From positions 11,718,001-11,782,000 of the forward strand of contig OX597816.1 in assembly GCA_951406725.2 (NCBI GenBank): 64,000 bases of DNA, read 5' to 3'. The stretch's first letter is position 1. Each line of letters starts with the position of its first letter. This document shows positions 63,799 through 64,000 of this stretch, in pieces. Source of the DNA: Octopus vulgaris (Eukaryota). The position numbers and the translations under genes are program-made. Below the pieces are notes generated by a model. It was not told the origin of the DNA, ran no database searches, and saw nothing but the letters and a program-made list of their open reading frames with translations.

Positions 63799-64000
63799 AA
63801 AGAACATTAATACTTATGAGAGATATTAATGTTAGTAGCCGCAAGCTAAAACCATATAGGCAAAATCAGTAGATATATATTAAAAAAAATTATATATATA
63901 TATATAACAAGGGCTGGTGTCTTTTAAAAAAGTGCTCCTGTTATATATAATTCTTTTATATATATCTATTAATTTTGCCTATATAGGCATAGGAGTGACT

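Overview
AT-rich, repeat-dominated eukaryotic non-coding DNA, most likely intergenic or intronic. The SINE families resemble cephalopod (Octopus-type) ones; the species assignment is an inference. I recognise no host protein-coding gene, and almost all track ORFs are artefacts of (TA)n, (CA)n, (CAT)n, (ATT)n and (ATCT)n microsatellites. The window holds dozens of copies of about five SINE families (informally labelled A-E here) and a young 5'-truncated Neptune-type Penelope-like element (PLE) with an open RT-thumb/GIY-YIG frame at 57606-59528 (-). It also holds a decayed Naiad-type PLE, two R4/Dong-like RLE retroposon 3' ends, an RTE 3' end, a piggyBac-type MITE, Helitron termini and several minisatellites. 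The most notable signal is about a dozen minimal type-I hammerhead-ribozyme-like motifs from several unrelated families, often in inverted-repeat structures or at (TA)n tracts. These include a short non-coding element that combines a tRNA-derived head, a hammerhead and possibly short terminal inverted repeats (25960-26242 and 16450-16904). All calls were made by eye, and boundaries are approximate.
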